Both the position numbers and the translations under genes were made by a program. From Candidatus Undinarchaeota archaeon (GTDB taxonomy: Archaea; SpSt-1190; JASMDC01), in assembly GCA_964519305.1 (NCBI GenBank), contig CAZFHY010000010.1, positions 1-64,000 of the forward strand: 64,000 nucleotides of DNA, given 5' to 3'. Positions 1 through 9,331 of the stretch are shown piece after piece. Under the pieces are notes generated by a model that worked only from the letters and a program-made list of their open reading frames with translations, ran no database searches and was not told the DNA's origin. Position 1 is the stretch's first letter, and every line of letters starts with the position of its first letter.

Positions 1-63
1 GCAAATCAGAAATCGCTTTTATCATGAATCGAATCGTGAAATGTCAAACCCGGGCCAGTAGTT

Positions 64-588
64 GTGAAGGATCTAATAGAATCATCACCATATTTTTCAC
101 TTCTGTTCGATGATGGTACATACCGCGTCTATCGATTTAATTATACTATGAGAAATGTATCTTATACTGGTGCGACTTCCATCTATGATTGTATATTTTC
201 AAATGGTAGGTTCTCATCAGACTTCAACAAAGAAAAGCAGCTCGTTTCATTGCTACAAGGATTAGAATGGAATAGAACCGTCATCGTCGTAGGTACTAAC
301 GATGATGACATGGCAATCGCCAAGGCCATATCAAGAAGGACAGGTGCTTTAATTGTACATGATTCTGTAACCATCGAAGATCAGAATACCCTACTCATCG
401 GTGGACCCGCGGTTAATAGCCATGTTGCGGCGTTTCATGATCACGAATTAGAAGCCATCTACCACGACGCTGACTGGGGCTCTTGTTTGTTTACAACGGA
501 TAATGCAATCATCATCGCGGGATTATCCTCCGCTGGTACCCACGATGCGGCCGACCATCTCATCAATGCTCTCCAAGGATTCGATTAG
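64..588 (+). CDS. Protein with an S-layer-type C-terminal domain; 5' end uncertain, possibly a fragment
   Basis: Motifs VIVVG..DD.AIA, LLIGGPAVN and IIIAG....GT.DAA are typical of archaeal S-layer/cell-surface-association domains. The region is visibly AT-richer than the rest of the window. Confidence 0.5.
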   Translation: MKDLIESSPYFSLLFDDGTYRVYRFNYTMRNVSYTGATSIYDCIFSNGRFSSDFNKEKQLVSLLQGLEWNRTVIVVGTNDDDMAIAKAISRRTGALIVHDSVTIEDQNTLLIGGPAVNSHVAAFHDHELEAIYHDADWGSCLFTTDNAIIIAGLSSAGTHDAADHLINALQGFD

Positions 589-752
589 TTGTATTACGCT
601 ATGATTTGCTTGAATAATCTATTTGCATTACTTCGTGGTTTGTGAGGTATCGATTAAGCCTGTCGCGTCCAGATCAGAGCATCGGTCGTCACTGGAAGTG
701 ACGACACGCCTACAGCAATCCTTATAAGGCGGCGTACCTGCTGGAATCGGCC

Positions 753-2426
753 ATGGAGAGCCAGCTCTCTGACCCCAATGACAACCCCTACGACAGGTTG
801 AGCCCCTTCGAGGTACGGGAGCTCCTCTTGGACGCAGCTGAGAAGGGGGCGGAGGAGCGGCGCTCTACCGGTCAGGAGGCCGATGTGCTGGACGCCAGCA
901 GAGGCAATCCGAACTTCCTCAACACCGCGGCCCGTGACGGTTACAACCTGCTCGGTCTGTTCGCCAACGACCTTGCACGGGAGCAGACCCCCCAGGACAT
1001 GGACGGTCTGCTGCCGCCCAAGGAAGAGATATACCGCAAGTTCGACGAGTTCCTGAACGGGCTGCACGCATCGCACGTGTTCGGTGACACCGCAACATTC
1101 CTCCGCCGCGCCATCGACTACGTGGACAAGGAGCTTGGCATCGCCAAGGACAAGTTCGTTGCCGAGCTCGTGGACGCCTCACTTGGAGGCATCTACCCCA
1201 CACCGCCGCGGATGCTGCCTGCTGCTGAGCGTGTGGCCCAGCAGTACTCGGGGCACGTTCTCATGGGCGATGACATGGACCTCGCGTCTAAGTTCGACGT
1301 GTTCGCAACCGAGGGCGCCACGGCTGGCATCGTGTACACGCTCAACTCGCTCAAGACCAACCGCATCCTCCACCAGGGCGACAAGATCGCTCTGATCACA
1401 CCCACATACTCACCCTACCTGGAGCTGCCCGGTCTTGCCGAGAACGGCTTCGAGGTCGTCGCCCTCGAGGGCACTCAGGACAGCGAGTGGCAGATAGACG
1501 ACGCCCAGCTCGCAAAGCTCAAGGATTCCGATGTCAAGGCCTTGTTCCTGGTGAACCCGACCAATCCCACATCGGTCAATATCTCCCAGGACTCGCTGGA
1601 GAAGATCGCAGACCTCATCAAGACCGAGCGCCAGGACCTGATCGTCATGACCGATACGGTCTACGCGAACTTCATCGACGAGTTCGACACGCTGCTCACA
1701 GAGGTGCCGCGCAACACGATCGGTATCTACTCCTACTCCAAGTACTTCGGAGCGACAGGCTGGCGTCTGGGCACGGTGATGCTCCACGAGGACAACATCA
1801 TCGACGAGAAGATCGCCAATCTCCCGCAGGAGGACAAGGACGCTCTCTGGGAGCGGTACAAGATCAAGGCGCCCGATCCCTCGCAGCTCAAGTTCATCGA
1901 CCGTATCGAGCTGGACTCGCGCTCGGTGTCGCTCAGCCATACCGGCGGCCTCTCCACACCACAACAGGCCATGATGACCCTCTTCGGTCTCTACGACCTC
2001 GTGGACGATAAGCAGGAGTACCGCCAGTACATCCAGGACGTGCTAAAGGGACGGCACGAGTCCCTCTACAATGGGCTCGGTTCGTCCATCCCGCCCATGG
2101 CCACCACCAACTACTATACGCTCATCGACGTGGCGGACATGGCCGAGAAGAAGTACGGTACCGAGTTCCGCGAGTACATCGAGAAGAGCATGCACCCTGT
2201 CGAGTTCCTCGAGAAGATGGCCCACGACAGCCTCACCGTGCTCCTGCCGGGGATGGGCTTCGCGGCGCCCCGCTGGACGGTCCGGGTCTCGCTGGCCAAC
2301 CTACAGGAGAGCACCTACGAGGACATCGGGAAGAGCGTGGTGGCGACGGTCGACGACCTCCACGACGAGTACCAGGCCCAGCAGGGTGGCGGTGGCGCCC
2401 CCGTCCCGGTGGACGTCTACGCCTGA
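753..2426 (+). CDS. asdA: Aspartate 4-decarboxylase (PLP-dependent, bifunctional aminotransferase)
   Basis: LSPFE, SRGNPN, EGATAG, LVNPTNP, SYSKYFGATGWRLG (PLP Lys) and HTGGLSTPQQ motifs. Confidence 0.9.
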   Translation: MESQLSDPNDNPYDRLSPFEVRELLLDAAEKGAEERRSTGQEADVLDASRGNPNFLNTAARDGYNLLGLFANDLAREQTPQDMDGLLPPKEEIYRKFDEFLNGLHASHVFGDTATFLRRAIDYVDKELGIAKDKFVAELVDASLGGIYPTPPRMLPAAERVAQQYSGHVLMGDDMDLASKFDVFATEGATAGIVYTLNSLKTNRILHQGDKIALITPTYSPYLELPGLAENGFEVVALEGTQDSEWQIDDAQLAKLKDSDVKALFLVNPTNPTSVNISQDSLEKIADLIKTERQDLIVMTDTVYANFIDEFDTLLTEVPRNTIGIYSYSKYFGATGWRLGTVMLHEDNIIDEKIANLPQEDKDALWERYKIKAPDPSQLKFIDRIELDSRSVSLSHTGGLSTPQQAMMTLFGLYDLVDDKQEYRQYIQDVLKGRHESLYNGLGSSIPPMATTNYYTLIDVADMAEKKYGTEFREYIEKSMHPVEFLEKMAHDSLTVLLPGMGFAAPRWTVRVSLANLQESTYEDIGKSVVATVDDLHDEYQAQQGGGGAPVPVDVYA

Positions 2427-2474
2427 GCCCGCGTGGGTGAAAGACATAAATCAATAGATTGACTATTAGATACT

Positions 2475-2942
2475 ATGGGTGGCACCCGAGGTCAGGCTCT
2501 CTTCGCCTACCTCCACACCTACGGCTGGCTGCTGGCCATTTTCATCCTCGCCTTCATCTTCCTCTACCGCGAGGGCCTCATCTTCCCGGAAAGGGAGATC
2601 AATCCCTCATGCATGGGATTCGACACGCTTTCCTATGTGACCCACCATATCGCCAGGGATGGTACATTCTCCATCACGATCAAGAACTATGACAACGAGG
2701 CGATCATCTTGCGTAAGATGCTCGTGACCTGGGGCGAACTGGAAGCTGAGTGGAATGGCGGGAAAGCGATCGGTATCGATGACCGTCGCGAGGTGTCCTT
2801 CGGCGGTGTGGACTTGGACCAGCACTCCGGTTACGTGTACCGTGTGGACATTGCTATCACCTATGAGCGTGGCGGCTTCTCCAACCGCACTGACAGCGCG
2901 ATCTGCGTCGGGAAGATCATGCGGTCGGACAGGTTAGGTTGA
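2475..2942 (+). CDS. Archaeal pilin-like protein with class III signal peptide
   Basis: RGQ followed by a hydrophobic ..TYGW.. helix. Paralogous to the N-terminus of 58960-60366 (shared C.GF....Y..H and A.C.GKI). Confidence 0.7.
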   Translation: MGGTRGQALFAYLHTYGWLLAIFILAFIFLYREGLIFPEREINPSCMGFDTLSYVTHHIARDGTFSITIKNYDNEAIILRKMLVTWGELEAEWNGGKAIGIDDRREVSFGGVDLDQHSGYVYRVDIAITYERGGFSNRTDSAICVGKIMRSDRLG

Positions 2943-3707
2943 ACCGCCCCGACCTATCTGCACCCGGGCGCCCGTATGAAGGTCGAGCAGTTCGGCGGCC
3001 GAACCTCCAACGACCGACAGTTCCAGAAGGCCCGCGGACCCGGGCACGACCACGAGCGTTCCGGGCGGACGGTCATAGGCCTGGCACACCTTGACGTCCT
3101 TTCCATCGATAAGTGTCCGTCCCTGTACGTCCGTGGCGGGTACGGACGTGATGACGTTACCGAACCGGTCCACGTGGACCACCCATGCCTCGACCTCCCC
3201 CTCTTCCGGCAGCGGTGTCTCCCGCCATGGAAGGCGAACGAGGTCCGTCGGGTCCACCGGTTCTCCCAGTTCGGCCAGGGGGACATCGATGGCCAGGTGC
3301 GCTGCCACGGGTGCGAACACGTCCCTACCGTGGAACGTGCACGATACATCGGGGAGGTGGAAGTCGGGGTTCGTGCAGGAGAACGCCTTCAGCACGCCGC
3401 CGTCAGCTTCCGCGGCCCAGGTCATGAGACCATTGTCGGGTCCAACGAACCTGTAGTGGGCCGTCTGCAGGGCAAGAGCACGGCGCGCGGTCCCGACACC
3501 AGGGTCCACCACCGCGCAGTGCACGGTCCCGGGCGGGTAGAAGCTCGACGCGTTGCGTAGTGCGAAAGCGCCTGCCTGCACGTCCTGGGGCGACACGTCG
3601 TGGGTGATGTCCACCACAGGCTCGTCCGGTGCTATGCTAGCGATGACACCCTTCATGGCGCCTACGAAGCCGTCGACGGTACCGAAGTCGGTCAGGAGCG
3701 TTATCAT
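2934..3707 (-). CDS. SAM hydroxide adenosyltransferase (DUF62 / chlorinase-fluorinase family)
   Basis: ITLLTDFG, VVDPGVGT.R, GPDNG, TFHGRDVFAP and DRFGN motifs. Confidence 0.92.
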   Translation of the reverse strand: MITLLTDFGTVDGFVGAMKGVIASIAPDEPVVDITHDVSPQDVQAGAFALRNASSFYPPGTVHCAVVDPGVGTARRALALQTAHYRFVGPDNGLMTWAAEADGGVLKAFSCTNPDFHLPDVSCTFHGRDVFAPVAAHLAIDVPLAELGEPVDPTDLVRLPWRETPLPEEGEVEAWVVHVDRFGNVITSVPATDVQGRTLIDGKDVKVCQAYDRPPGTLVVVPGSAGLLELSVVGGSAAELLDLHTGARVQIGRGGST

Positions 3708-3710
3708 GGC

Positions 3711-4463
3711 CTATCGGTAGATGGACGGGTACTGCTGGCTCTCCATCCCTTCCATGGCCTTCTTGGTCTGGCTCATCAGCGTCTGCATCTTCGACTCGAT
3801 ACGGTCGGCCGTCTCGAGGAGGGGCTTAGTGGAGATCTTGAGCTTGAGCACCTTGGACATGGCGTCGAGCGCCGCAGCGGCGGCGGCCGGGTCGGGGTAC
3901 TCGTAGTGGGCGTCGGCAAGGAATCCCATGGCGGGAATGCCCCTTTCAGCGCACTCCATCATCAGAACACCGTAGACGCCGGTAAGGAACCCGAGGTGGA
4001 TTGTCTCGAGGCCGACGTTCTCGATCTTCTTCATCTCGCGAGCGGTCGTCGCCACGCCGTACACGTTGGGCTGGTCCTCCTGCTGCCGGGCCGATTGTGC
4101 GATACCGCCGATGGATACGATCTGCTTGGCCTGGTGCTTCTGGACCCAGTTCACGATACAGTCGGCCACGTCATGGACCATGGCCGGGGGGACCGCGGTG
4201 TCGGACACGAACACGACGAGGTTGTCCTTGGCGTAGATGCGGATGGGAGCGGTCGGGATACCGTCCTTGATGAGGGTGATGGGAGGGAAGCGCTTGGACT
4301 TCATGTACCCGATGTACTTCATCTTCAGCTTAGAGGTTAGGTACTCGGTGGCGATAGCGCCTACAAGACCCACCGAAGGGAACCCCTCCACGACGATAGG
4401 ATTGTCGAGCTTCTCGAACTTCAGATCGATGATCTTGACGGTGCTTTCTGAGTCATCTCCCAT
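3711..4463 (-). CDS. PAC2-family proteasome assembly chaperone
   Basis: VEGFPSVGLVG.IA, YPDP.AA and a C-terminal ..IYR tail. ATG at 4463 preferred. Confidence 0.85.
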   Translation of the reverse strand: MGDDSESTVKIIDLKFEKLDNPIVVEGFPSVGLVGAIATEYLTSKLKMKYIGYMKSKRFPPITLIKDGIPTAPIRIYAKDNLVVFVSDTAVPPAMVHDVADCIVNWVQKHQAKQIVSIGGIAQSARQQEDQPNVYGVATTAREMKKIENVGLETIHLGFLTGVYGVLMMECAERGIPAMGFLADAHYEYPDPAAAAAALDAMSKVLKLKISTKPLLETADRIESKMQTLMSQTKKAMEGMESQQYPSIYR

Positions 4464-4624
4464 GGTAATCACACTTCAATAGAACGCCTCGCCGGCGTCC
4501 CGGGCACGGGAGCCGGCGTTACTATTTAAATATACGCTGAGCGGCCGGTGCCCCGCTTGGGGGGAAGGCCCGCCCGAGGATAACACATTTATTTCCATGC
4601 AGAGGTGACAGCTCTGGCGAGGGC

Positions 4625-5704
4625 ATGGAACGACTGCTCAAGATCATCAAGACCCTGAGCGAGGCGATCGGCGTCTCAGGGAACGAGGAAGAGGTACGGC
4701 GCATCATGATCGAGTACCTGCGACCCCACGTGGACGAGGTTCGTATCGACAAGCTGGGCAACCTCATCGCTATCAAGAAGGGCAAGATCGACGCTCCGCG
4801 CATCATGCTCGCCGCGCACATGGATGAAATCGGGCTGGTCGTCAAGTTCATCGACGACAAGGGATTCATCAAGTTCGCCCGCGTCGGTGGGATCCACTTC
4901 TCCACCCTCGTCAACCGTCGGATCGTGGTCCACACCGAGAACGGCCCCGTTAGGGGTGTCATCGGTATCCGCCCACCTCACCTCCAGAAGGAAATCGACG
5001 AAAAGGACCTGGACCTCTTCGTCGACGTGGGGGCCTCCACCAAGAAGGACGTGGAGTCCATGGGCATCTGCATCGGTGACTACATCACCTTCGACCAGCA
5101 CTTCGAGGAGCTCGGTGCTCCGAACATCATCACCGGAAAGGCTCTGGACAACCGTATCGGGTGCGCTGTGCTCGTTGAGACCGTCCGTCGGTTGAAGGAC
5201 AGCGACTGTACAATCTTTGCCGTGGGCACGGTACAGGAGGAAGTAGGCCTCAAGGGAGCCCGGGTCGCCGCCTATGGCCTCAAGCCCACACTTGCCATCG
5301 CCCTTGACGTCGCGGTGTCAGCTGACTTCCCCGGTGTAAAGCTCCACGAGGCGCCAGTGAAGGTCGGCGAAGGCCCCGTCATCATACTCATGGAGGCCGG
5401 CGGTAGGGGGACGATCACCCATAAGGCCGTAAAACACCTCTTGGTGGATGCAGGGAAGGCAAAGAAACTCCCGTACCAGCTCAAGGTGAGCGAAGGTGGT
5501 CAGACCGATGCCGCCATGATCTATCTGAGCCGCGAGGGCATCCCATCGGGCGTGCTGTCAGTGGCGTCCCGCTATATCCACAGTCCTATAGAAGTGGCCA
5601 GCCTGAAGGACATGAAGGACACAGTCACCCTTCTTGTGGAGGCGGTCAATGCGGTCCCCGCCAACATCGAGTTCGCCTCGGAACCCTCTGTCGTGCTCCG
5701 GTAG
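4625..5704 (+). CDS. M42 family (TET/FrvX) aminopeptidase
   Basis: AAHMDEIG, GKALDNR, QEEVGL.GA, G.TDA and RYIHSP motifs. Confidence 0.93.
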   Translation: MERLLKIIKTLSEAIGVSGNEEEVRRIMIEYLRPHVDEVRIDKLGNLIAIKKGKIDAPRIMLAAHMDEIGLVVKFIDDKGFIKFARVGGIHFSTLVNRRIVVHTENGPVRGVIGIRPPHLQKEIDEKDLDLFVDVGASTKKDVESMGICIGDYITFDQHFEELGAPNIITGKALDNRIGCAVLVETVRRLKDSDCTIFAVGTVQEEVGLKGARVAAYGLKPTLAIALDVAVSADFPGVKLHEAPVKVGEGPVIILMEAGGRGTITHKAVKHLLVDAGKAKKLPYQLKVSEGGQTDAAMIYLSREGIPSGVLSVASRYIHSPIEVASLKDMKDTVTLLVEAVNAVPANIEFASEPSVVLR

Positions 5705-5899
5705 GTCCATCATGACGGAGGACCCATCGCCCACGCTCCGCAGACGTATTACTTCACCGGACAGCACCATCCTTGTCCTGGACTGAGTCGGCCTCCTAAC
5801 TTACCTCTCCAGCGAGAGGAGCTGGCTCCTGTTCATTACGACATTGCTCGGAGCGCCCCCGGGCTTTCTCGTAGGTACGGGACCGGGACTCCCTGCACT

Positions 5900-5946
5900 G
5901 AAAGAGGAATAGAAGAAAATGGGGGCCCTGGTGGTGAAGGGCCCCC
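5900..5946 (-). terminator. GC hairpin followed by a pyrimidine/T-rich tract
   Basis: Minus strand reads GGGGGCCCT..AGGGCCCCC then ATTTTCTTCTATTCCTCTTT. Confidence 0.55.
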
Positions 5947-5971
5947 GAGAGGGAAGGTCGGTGTATGTGGT

Positions 5972-6007
5972 TGGGGGGTGGAAACGGGTTCGAACCGTTA
6001 TCCACTC
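5972..6007 (-). ncRNA. Candidate tRNA-like minihelix (acceptor stem + T-arm + CCA)
   Basis: Minus strand reads GAGTGGA-T-AACGG-TTCGAAC-CCGTT-TCCACCC-C-CCA. There is no D-arm or anticodon arm. Confidence 0.35.
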
Positions 6008-6074
6008 ATGACGGGCCTTTCCTCCCCGGCAGTGCCGTGCCCGCGGGCGGTCGCGATGGACCGCCCACGACGAC

Positions 6075-6115
6075 AAAGAAAGCGGAGAGCCCTTCCAGTG
6101 GGAAGGACCCTCCGC
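6075..6115 (-). terminator. Terminator-like hairpin downstream of hcp
   Basis: Minus strand reads GCGGAGGGTCCTTCC-CACT-GGAAGGGCTCTCCGC then TTTCTTT. Confidence 0.6.
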
Positions 6116-6161
6116 AGGTCGGGAAGGCAGGGAGGTCTCTAAGTAAGCGTGATTCCACTGA

Positions 6162-7826
6162 CTATCGCCCCTCCATCATGGCCTTGACGTCCTCTTCAGC
6201 GGTGCCGGCCAGCTTTATGTCGAAGTTGTCCACCAGCACCTTGGCCACGTTCGGCGAGAGGAAGGCGGGCAGGGTGGGGCCCATCCGGATGCCCTTCACT
6301 CCAAGATGGAGCAGGGCCAGGAGCACCAGCACGGCCTTCTGCTCGTACCAGCCGATGTCGAAGGAGATCGGCAGATCGTTGATGTCCTCCACCTCGAACA
6401 CCTCGGCCAGCTTCAGTGCCGTGACGGCCAGCGAGTACGAGTCGTTGCACTGGCCTGCGTCGATGACACGGGGGATCCCGCCGATGTCGCCCAGGTCCTC
6501 CATGTTGTACCGGTACTTGGCGCACCCGGCTGTGAGGATCACCGTGTCCTTCGGGAGCGTCTTGGCGACCTCCGTGAAGTACTCCCTCTCCTTGTGACGG
6601 CCGTCGCAGCCGGCCATGACCACGAATCGCTTGATGGCGCCGCTCTTCACGGCCTCCACGATCTTGTCTGCCACGGAGAAGATGGCATTGTGGGCGAAGC
6701 CGATGGTAATGGACTTTCCTGGATTCTCCTCCAGGTCGCCCAGCGCCAGGGCCTTGGTGATGATCGGGGAGAAATCCTTGGGTGCGTCACCCTTGCGGTC
6801 GGGCACGTGTTGCACCTCAGGCCAGGCCACGGTCCCAGTAGTGAAGATGCGGTCCCTGTAGCTCTCCTTGGGCGCCTGGATGCAGTTCGTGGTCATGAGG
6901 ATCGCACCAGCGAACGCATCGAACTCGTTTCGCTGTCGGAACCAGGACGAACCATAGTTTCCCGCGAGGTGGGCGTACTTCTTCAGCCCCGGGTAGGCGT
7001 TGGCGGGGAGCATCTCGCCGTGGGTGTAGATGTTGATACCCTTTCCCTCGGTCTGCTTCAGAAGCTCCTCCAGATCACGCAGGTCGTGACCGCTCACGAG
7101 GATACCGGGACCCTTTCGGGTACCTGTTGCTACTCCCGTGGGCTCTGGGTGCCCGTACTTGCTCGTGTTCGCCCCGTCAAGGAGGGCTAGCACGTCCACG
7201 CCATGCTTGCCGCACTCCAGGGTGAGCCCTACAAGGTCATCAACTCCAAGTGAATCGTCCAGGGTAGCGACCAGGGCACGCTGGACGAATGCATCCACAT
7301 CCTCGTTCGTCTGACCGAGCACACCAGCGTGGTGAGCATAGGCGGACATGCCCTTCAATCCTAGGGTGAGGAGCTGTCGTAATGAGCGTATATCCTCGTT
7401 CTCGGTGGCCAATACGCCGACCTGCTGCCCCTTCGCGAGGAGCTCTTCGGTGTGCGCCTCCGACTTCCACGTGGCGGCGTCCGGGAGCTCTCCTGAGAAC
7501 TCGGCATTGTTCTTCTCGCGATAGGCGATCAGGAACAGGTCCATGGCCCGGTCCCTCTTACGCAACGCCAGCTTGATGAGCTTGACCATGCGGTCGCAGT
7601 CGAAGTTCACGTTGGTGATCGTCGAGAACAATCCTTCGTGGACGAAGTCGTCGATCCCTTCGTCGACAGCGCCCAGTTCCCGTGCCTTCGACGAGTATAC
7701 GGATATCCCTTTCAGCAAGTATATTAGCAGGTCCTGTAGGACGGCTACTTCCTCGCTCTTTCCACACACACCGCGGACGGTGCATCCCTGGTTCCTGGCT
7801 GTCTCTTGGCATTGAAAGCAGTACAT
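6162..7826 (-). CDS. hcp: Hybrid cluster protein (hydroxylamine/NO reductase, prismane)
   Basis: [11 protein letters not shown]...GVCGK, SGHDL, THGEM, TTNC, GCDG, GCAKY, GQCND and WYEQKA motifs. Confidence 0.97.
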   Translation of the reverse strand: MYCFQCQETARNQGCTVRGVCGKSEEVAVLQDLLIYLLKGISVYSSKARELGAVDEGIDDFVHEGLFSTITNVNFDCDRMVKLIKLALRKRDRAMDLFLIAYREKNNAEFSGELPDAATWKSEAHTEELLAKGQQVGVLATENEDIRSLRQLLTLGLKGMSAYAHHAGVLGQTNEDVDAFVQRALVATLDDSLGVDDLVGLTLECGKHGVDVLALLDGANTSKYGHPEPTGVATGTRKGPGILVSGHDLRDLEELLKQTEGKGINIYTHGEMLPANAYPGLKKYAHLAGNYGSSWFRQRNEFDAFAGAILMTTNCIQAPKESYRDRIFTTGTVAWPEVQHVPDRKGDAPKDFSPIITKALALGDLEENPGKSITIGFAHNAIFSVADKIVEAVKSGAIKRFVVMAGCDGRHKEREYFTEVAKTLPKDTVILTAGCAKYRYNMEDLGDIGGIPRVIDAGQCNDSYSLAVTALKLAEVFEVEDINDLPISFDIGWYEQKAVLVLLALLHLGVKGIRMGPTLPAFLSPNVAKVLVDNFDIKLAGTAEEDVKAMMEGR

Positions 7827-7840
7827 ATCACTCTACTCCT

Positions 7841-8602
7841 CTATTCTTTCTGGACCGATCCATCGATCCCTATTACCATATGCTTGAGATTGAGGTCGAC
7901 GCCTGACGCCTCAAGTGCCTGCTTGACCATTATGTAGAGGCCGTGGCAGCAGGGCACCTCCATTGTCGCTACGGTAAGCGACGAGAGGCCGTTGTGCTCG
8001 ATGATGGCCTTCAGCTTGTCGACGTACGGCGACGTGTCATCAAGCTTTGGGCAGGCGATGGTGACGGCCTTCCCCTTGATCAGTTTCTGGTGAAGGTCTG
8101 GGTAGGATACTGCAACACAGTCGGCCATCACGACGAGGTCCGCCCCTTTGAAGAAGGGTGCGTTCGGCGGGAGCAGGTGGAGCTGCACAGGCCACTGCCG
8201 CAGCTGGCTCTCCTGAGGTGCTGTTGCTTCACCTGACACGGCCTCCTGTCGCCTGTCCCTGAGCATGGTTCCGGGGCATCCGCATGCCATTCGCGGCGGC
8301 GCCTTTGGCGGAGGGACGTCCACTTTCCCGAGGGGATTCTCGGTGAGCTCCTTCTTCCCCTGCTTCCGCAGGTTCTCGTTCGTGGCATCGAAGTCGAAGG
8401 CGTCCACGTCCTTCTCCACGATATCGATCGCGTCCTCGGGACAGTGGCCGAGACAATTACCAAGGCCGTCACAGTAGACGTCCTTGACAAGGCGTGCTTT
8501 GCCGCCGACAATCTGGAGCGCTCCCTCGTGGCAGTTAGGGATGCACAGACCACAGCCCGTGCACTTGTCCTCATCTATCTGGACTATCTTGCGTACAACC
8601 AT
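7841..8602 (-). CDS. 4Fe-4S dicluster protein of the type usually linked to hcp
   Basis: CTGCGLCIPNC, CDGLGNCLGHCP, CGCPG, QWPVQL, CPKLD and MEVPCC motifs. GGTGAT SD lies upstream of ATG 8602. Confidence 0.88.
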   Translation of the reverse strand: MVVRKIVQIDEDKCTGCGLCIPNCHEGALQIVGGKARLVKDVYCDGLGNCLGHCPEDAIDIVEKDVDAFDFDATNENLRKQGKKELTENPLGKVDVPPPKAPPRMACGCPGTMLRDRRQEAVSGEATAPQESQLRQWPVQLHLLPPNAPFFKGADLVVMADCVAVSYPDLHQKLIKGKAVTIACPKLDDTSPYVDKLKAIIEHNGLSSLTVATMEVPCCHGLYIMVKQALEASGVDLNLKHMVIGIDGSVQKE

Positions 8603-8630
8603 ATCAATCACCGACCTTTGCTATACTTTC

Positions 8631-8662
8631 ACTAGCTAGTATCTTTAGTATAGTTAACTATA
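8631..8662. promoter_or_regulatory. Divergent promoter with palindromic candidate operators
   Basis: Perfect palindromes ACTAGCTAGT (8631-8640) and TATAGTTAACTATA (8649-8662) in the AT-rich spacer between the ferredoxin/hcp genes and the HxlR gene. Confidence 0.5.
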
Positions 8663-8690
8663 AATACTTGGAGGTTTCAAAGAGTATACC

Positions 8691-9050
8691 ATGGACAAGG
8701 AGTGCACGGTCTATCAGAGCACCCATCTATTCGGAAAGCGATGGACGCTGCTCATCCTCCTTGAGCTCTTCAAGGGGAACTGCGGATGGAAGCGCTTCTC
8801 GGTGATAAAGAAGGCAATGGAAGAGATCACTCCCAAGATGCTATCTGCCCGTCTGAAAGAGCTCGAGCAGGAAGGGCTCCTCAAGAAGCAGGTCGATGCC
8901 TCCTCGTTCCCCGTCAAGAGCGAATACAAGCTGACCAGAGCGGGTGAGGACTTCATCTCGGTCATACAGGCCCTAAAGCAGTGGACGCTAAGGTGGAAGG
9001 TCGACAACGTCGCCTGCTCCAAAGCCAACTGTTCAGAGTGCGTGCTCTAG
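8691..9050 (+). CDS. HxlR-family winged-helix regulator
   Basis: C......GKRWTLLIL, ITPKMLSARLKELE and P.K.EY.LT..G motifs, plus a Cys-rich tail. Confidence 0.9.
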   Translation: MDKECTVYQSTHLFGKRWTLLILLELFKGNCGWKRFSVIKKAMEEITPKMLSARLKELEQEGLLKKQVDASSFPVKSEYKLTRAGEDFISVIQALKQWTLRWKVDNVACSKANCSECVL

Positions 9051-9125
9051 GACAGGAATTGCTGTGAATAGCGGCACGCCGGCCTCCTTTCTTTAAAGAC
9101 GATTGAGGGTCATATAATCTATACG

Positions 9126-9245
9126 ATGCTCCGTACAATCGAGTCCGACTGCGCTTGCGGCGCCCACATCCGAGTGGACACCGACCGGGAGGACAACGAG
9201 TTCCGCTGCCCCCTGTGCGACCACCCTCTGGACGCAGAGAACTAA
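9126..9245 (+). CDS. Small Zn-finger protein (39 aa), below the ORF-track cutoff
   Basis: MLRTIESDCACGAHIRVDTDREDNEFRCPLCDHPLDAEN, with CxCG and CPxC. TTTAAA box at about 9092. Confidence 0.65.
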   Translation: MLRTIESDCACGAHIRVDTDREDNEFRCPLCDHPLDAEN

Positions 9246-9331
9246 GGCGCCCACGGCCCCCTCCGGGTGGACGTGACAGGATTGCTCTGGACCAGCCAGA
9301 CATATAATGGTTGGGCCTTCCAGAGTGGCCC

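Noticed and set aside
6010-6030. GAGGAAAGGCCCG on the minus strand, resembling RNase P RNA CR-I
   Set aside because: It deviates from GAGGAAAGUCC, no complementary CR-V/P4 partner was found, and a terminator follows within about 100 nt.
5972-6070. Complete tRNA gene
   Set aside because: No D-arm or anticodon arm can be folded, so it is reported only as a minihelix-like element.
6113-6132. CAGGTCGGGAAGGCAG, resembling SRP RNA helix 8
   Set aside because: It lacks the GNRA hairpin with AGCAG pairing and the long SRP helix.
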